From the NCBI RefSeq assembly GCF_006345805.1, contig NC_043012.1, positions 25,854,001 through 25,918,000 of the forward strand: 64,000 nucleotides of DNA, in the 5' to 3' direction. A model generated the notes under the pieces. That model had not been told where the DNA came from. It was given only the letters and a program-made list of their open reading frames with translations, and did no database searches. The position numbers were made by a program, and so were the translations under genes. This document shows, piece after piece, positions 63,661-64,000 of this stretch (within the stretch, counting starts at the first letter, position 1; every line of letters begins with the position of its first letter). Source of the DNA: Octopus sinensis (taxonomy: Eukaryota).

Positions 63661-64000
63661 AAAAATATAATTGGAATTTTTAAACATCTAATGCTTACGT
63701 GGTCACCCCTCTTGAGTAAAATTGAAATCAAAGCGGTCCATGGACAAAATATGGTTGAGAACCACAGTTCTAAGCACATGATTCTTCTTGTAAACCCAAT
63801 GAAATGTGCACCAAAACAAACGTACCTTGATTTACGGTGGTTTCCTATTTTCACTTATGAATACTGACATCGATTTCTGCAACTTAACCGGTCAAAACAG
63901 TGCTCCAGCCGGACTGCAGTACTGTGATTGAAATAGGCAGAACATTAAAAGTGTTATTCCATCTCATATTTAAACGACTTCGCCAGTTTAGCGCGTTCTT

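Overview
AT-rich, microsatellite-saturated animal genomic DNA that is essentially non-coding (intergenic or intronic). The SINE repertoire and repeat density suggest an octopus or other cephalopod; this is inference, as no search was run. No intact protein-coding gene can be supported. Nearly all listed ORFs are translations of (TA)n, (CA)n, (GAT)n, (AAT)n or (TATC)n repeats, or of decayed transposons. The recognisable content is: several tRNA-headed SINE families (many as tandem multimers), RTE and R4/Dong-like LINE fragments, Tc1/mariner and pogo-like DNA transposon remnants, a probable non-autonomous Helitron, a hAT-type MITE, and two Penelope-like retroelement (PLE) remnants (GIY-YIG at 3.7-4.4 kb, RT at 54.4-56.4 kb). 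The most striking signal is at RNA level: nine minimal type-I hammerhead-ribozyme-like motifs from about six repeat families. They include canonical C3-G8 cores and apparent compensatory G3-C8 and U3-A8 cores, two head-to-head inverted pairs, and one motif carried at the tail of a tRNA-headed SINE. A possible spliced exon at 21.4-21.6 kb is the only host-gene candidate. Boundaries of degenerate repeats are approximate, and identities were judged by eye.
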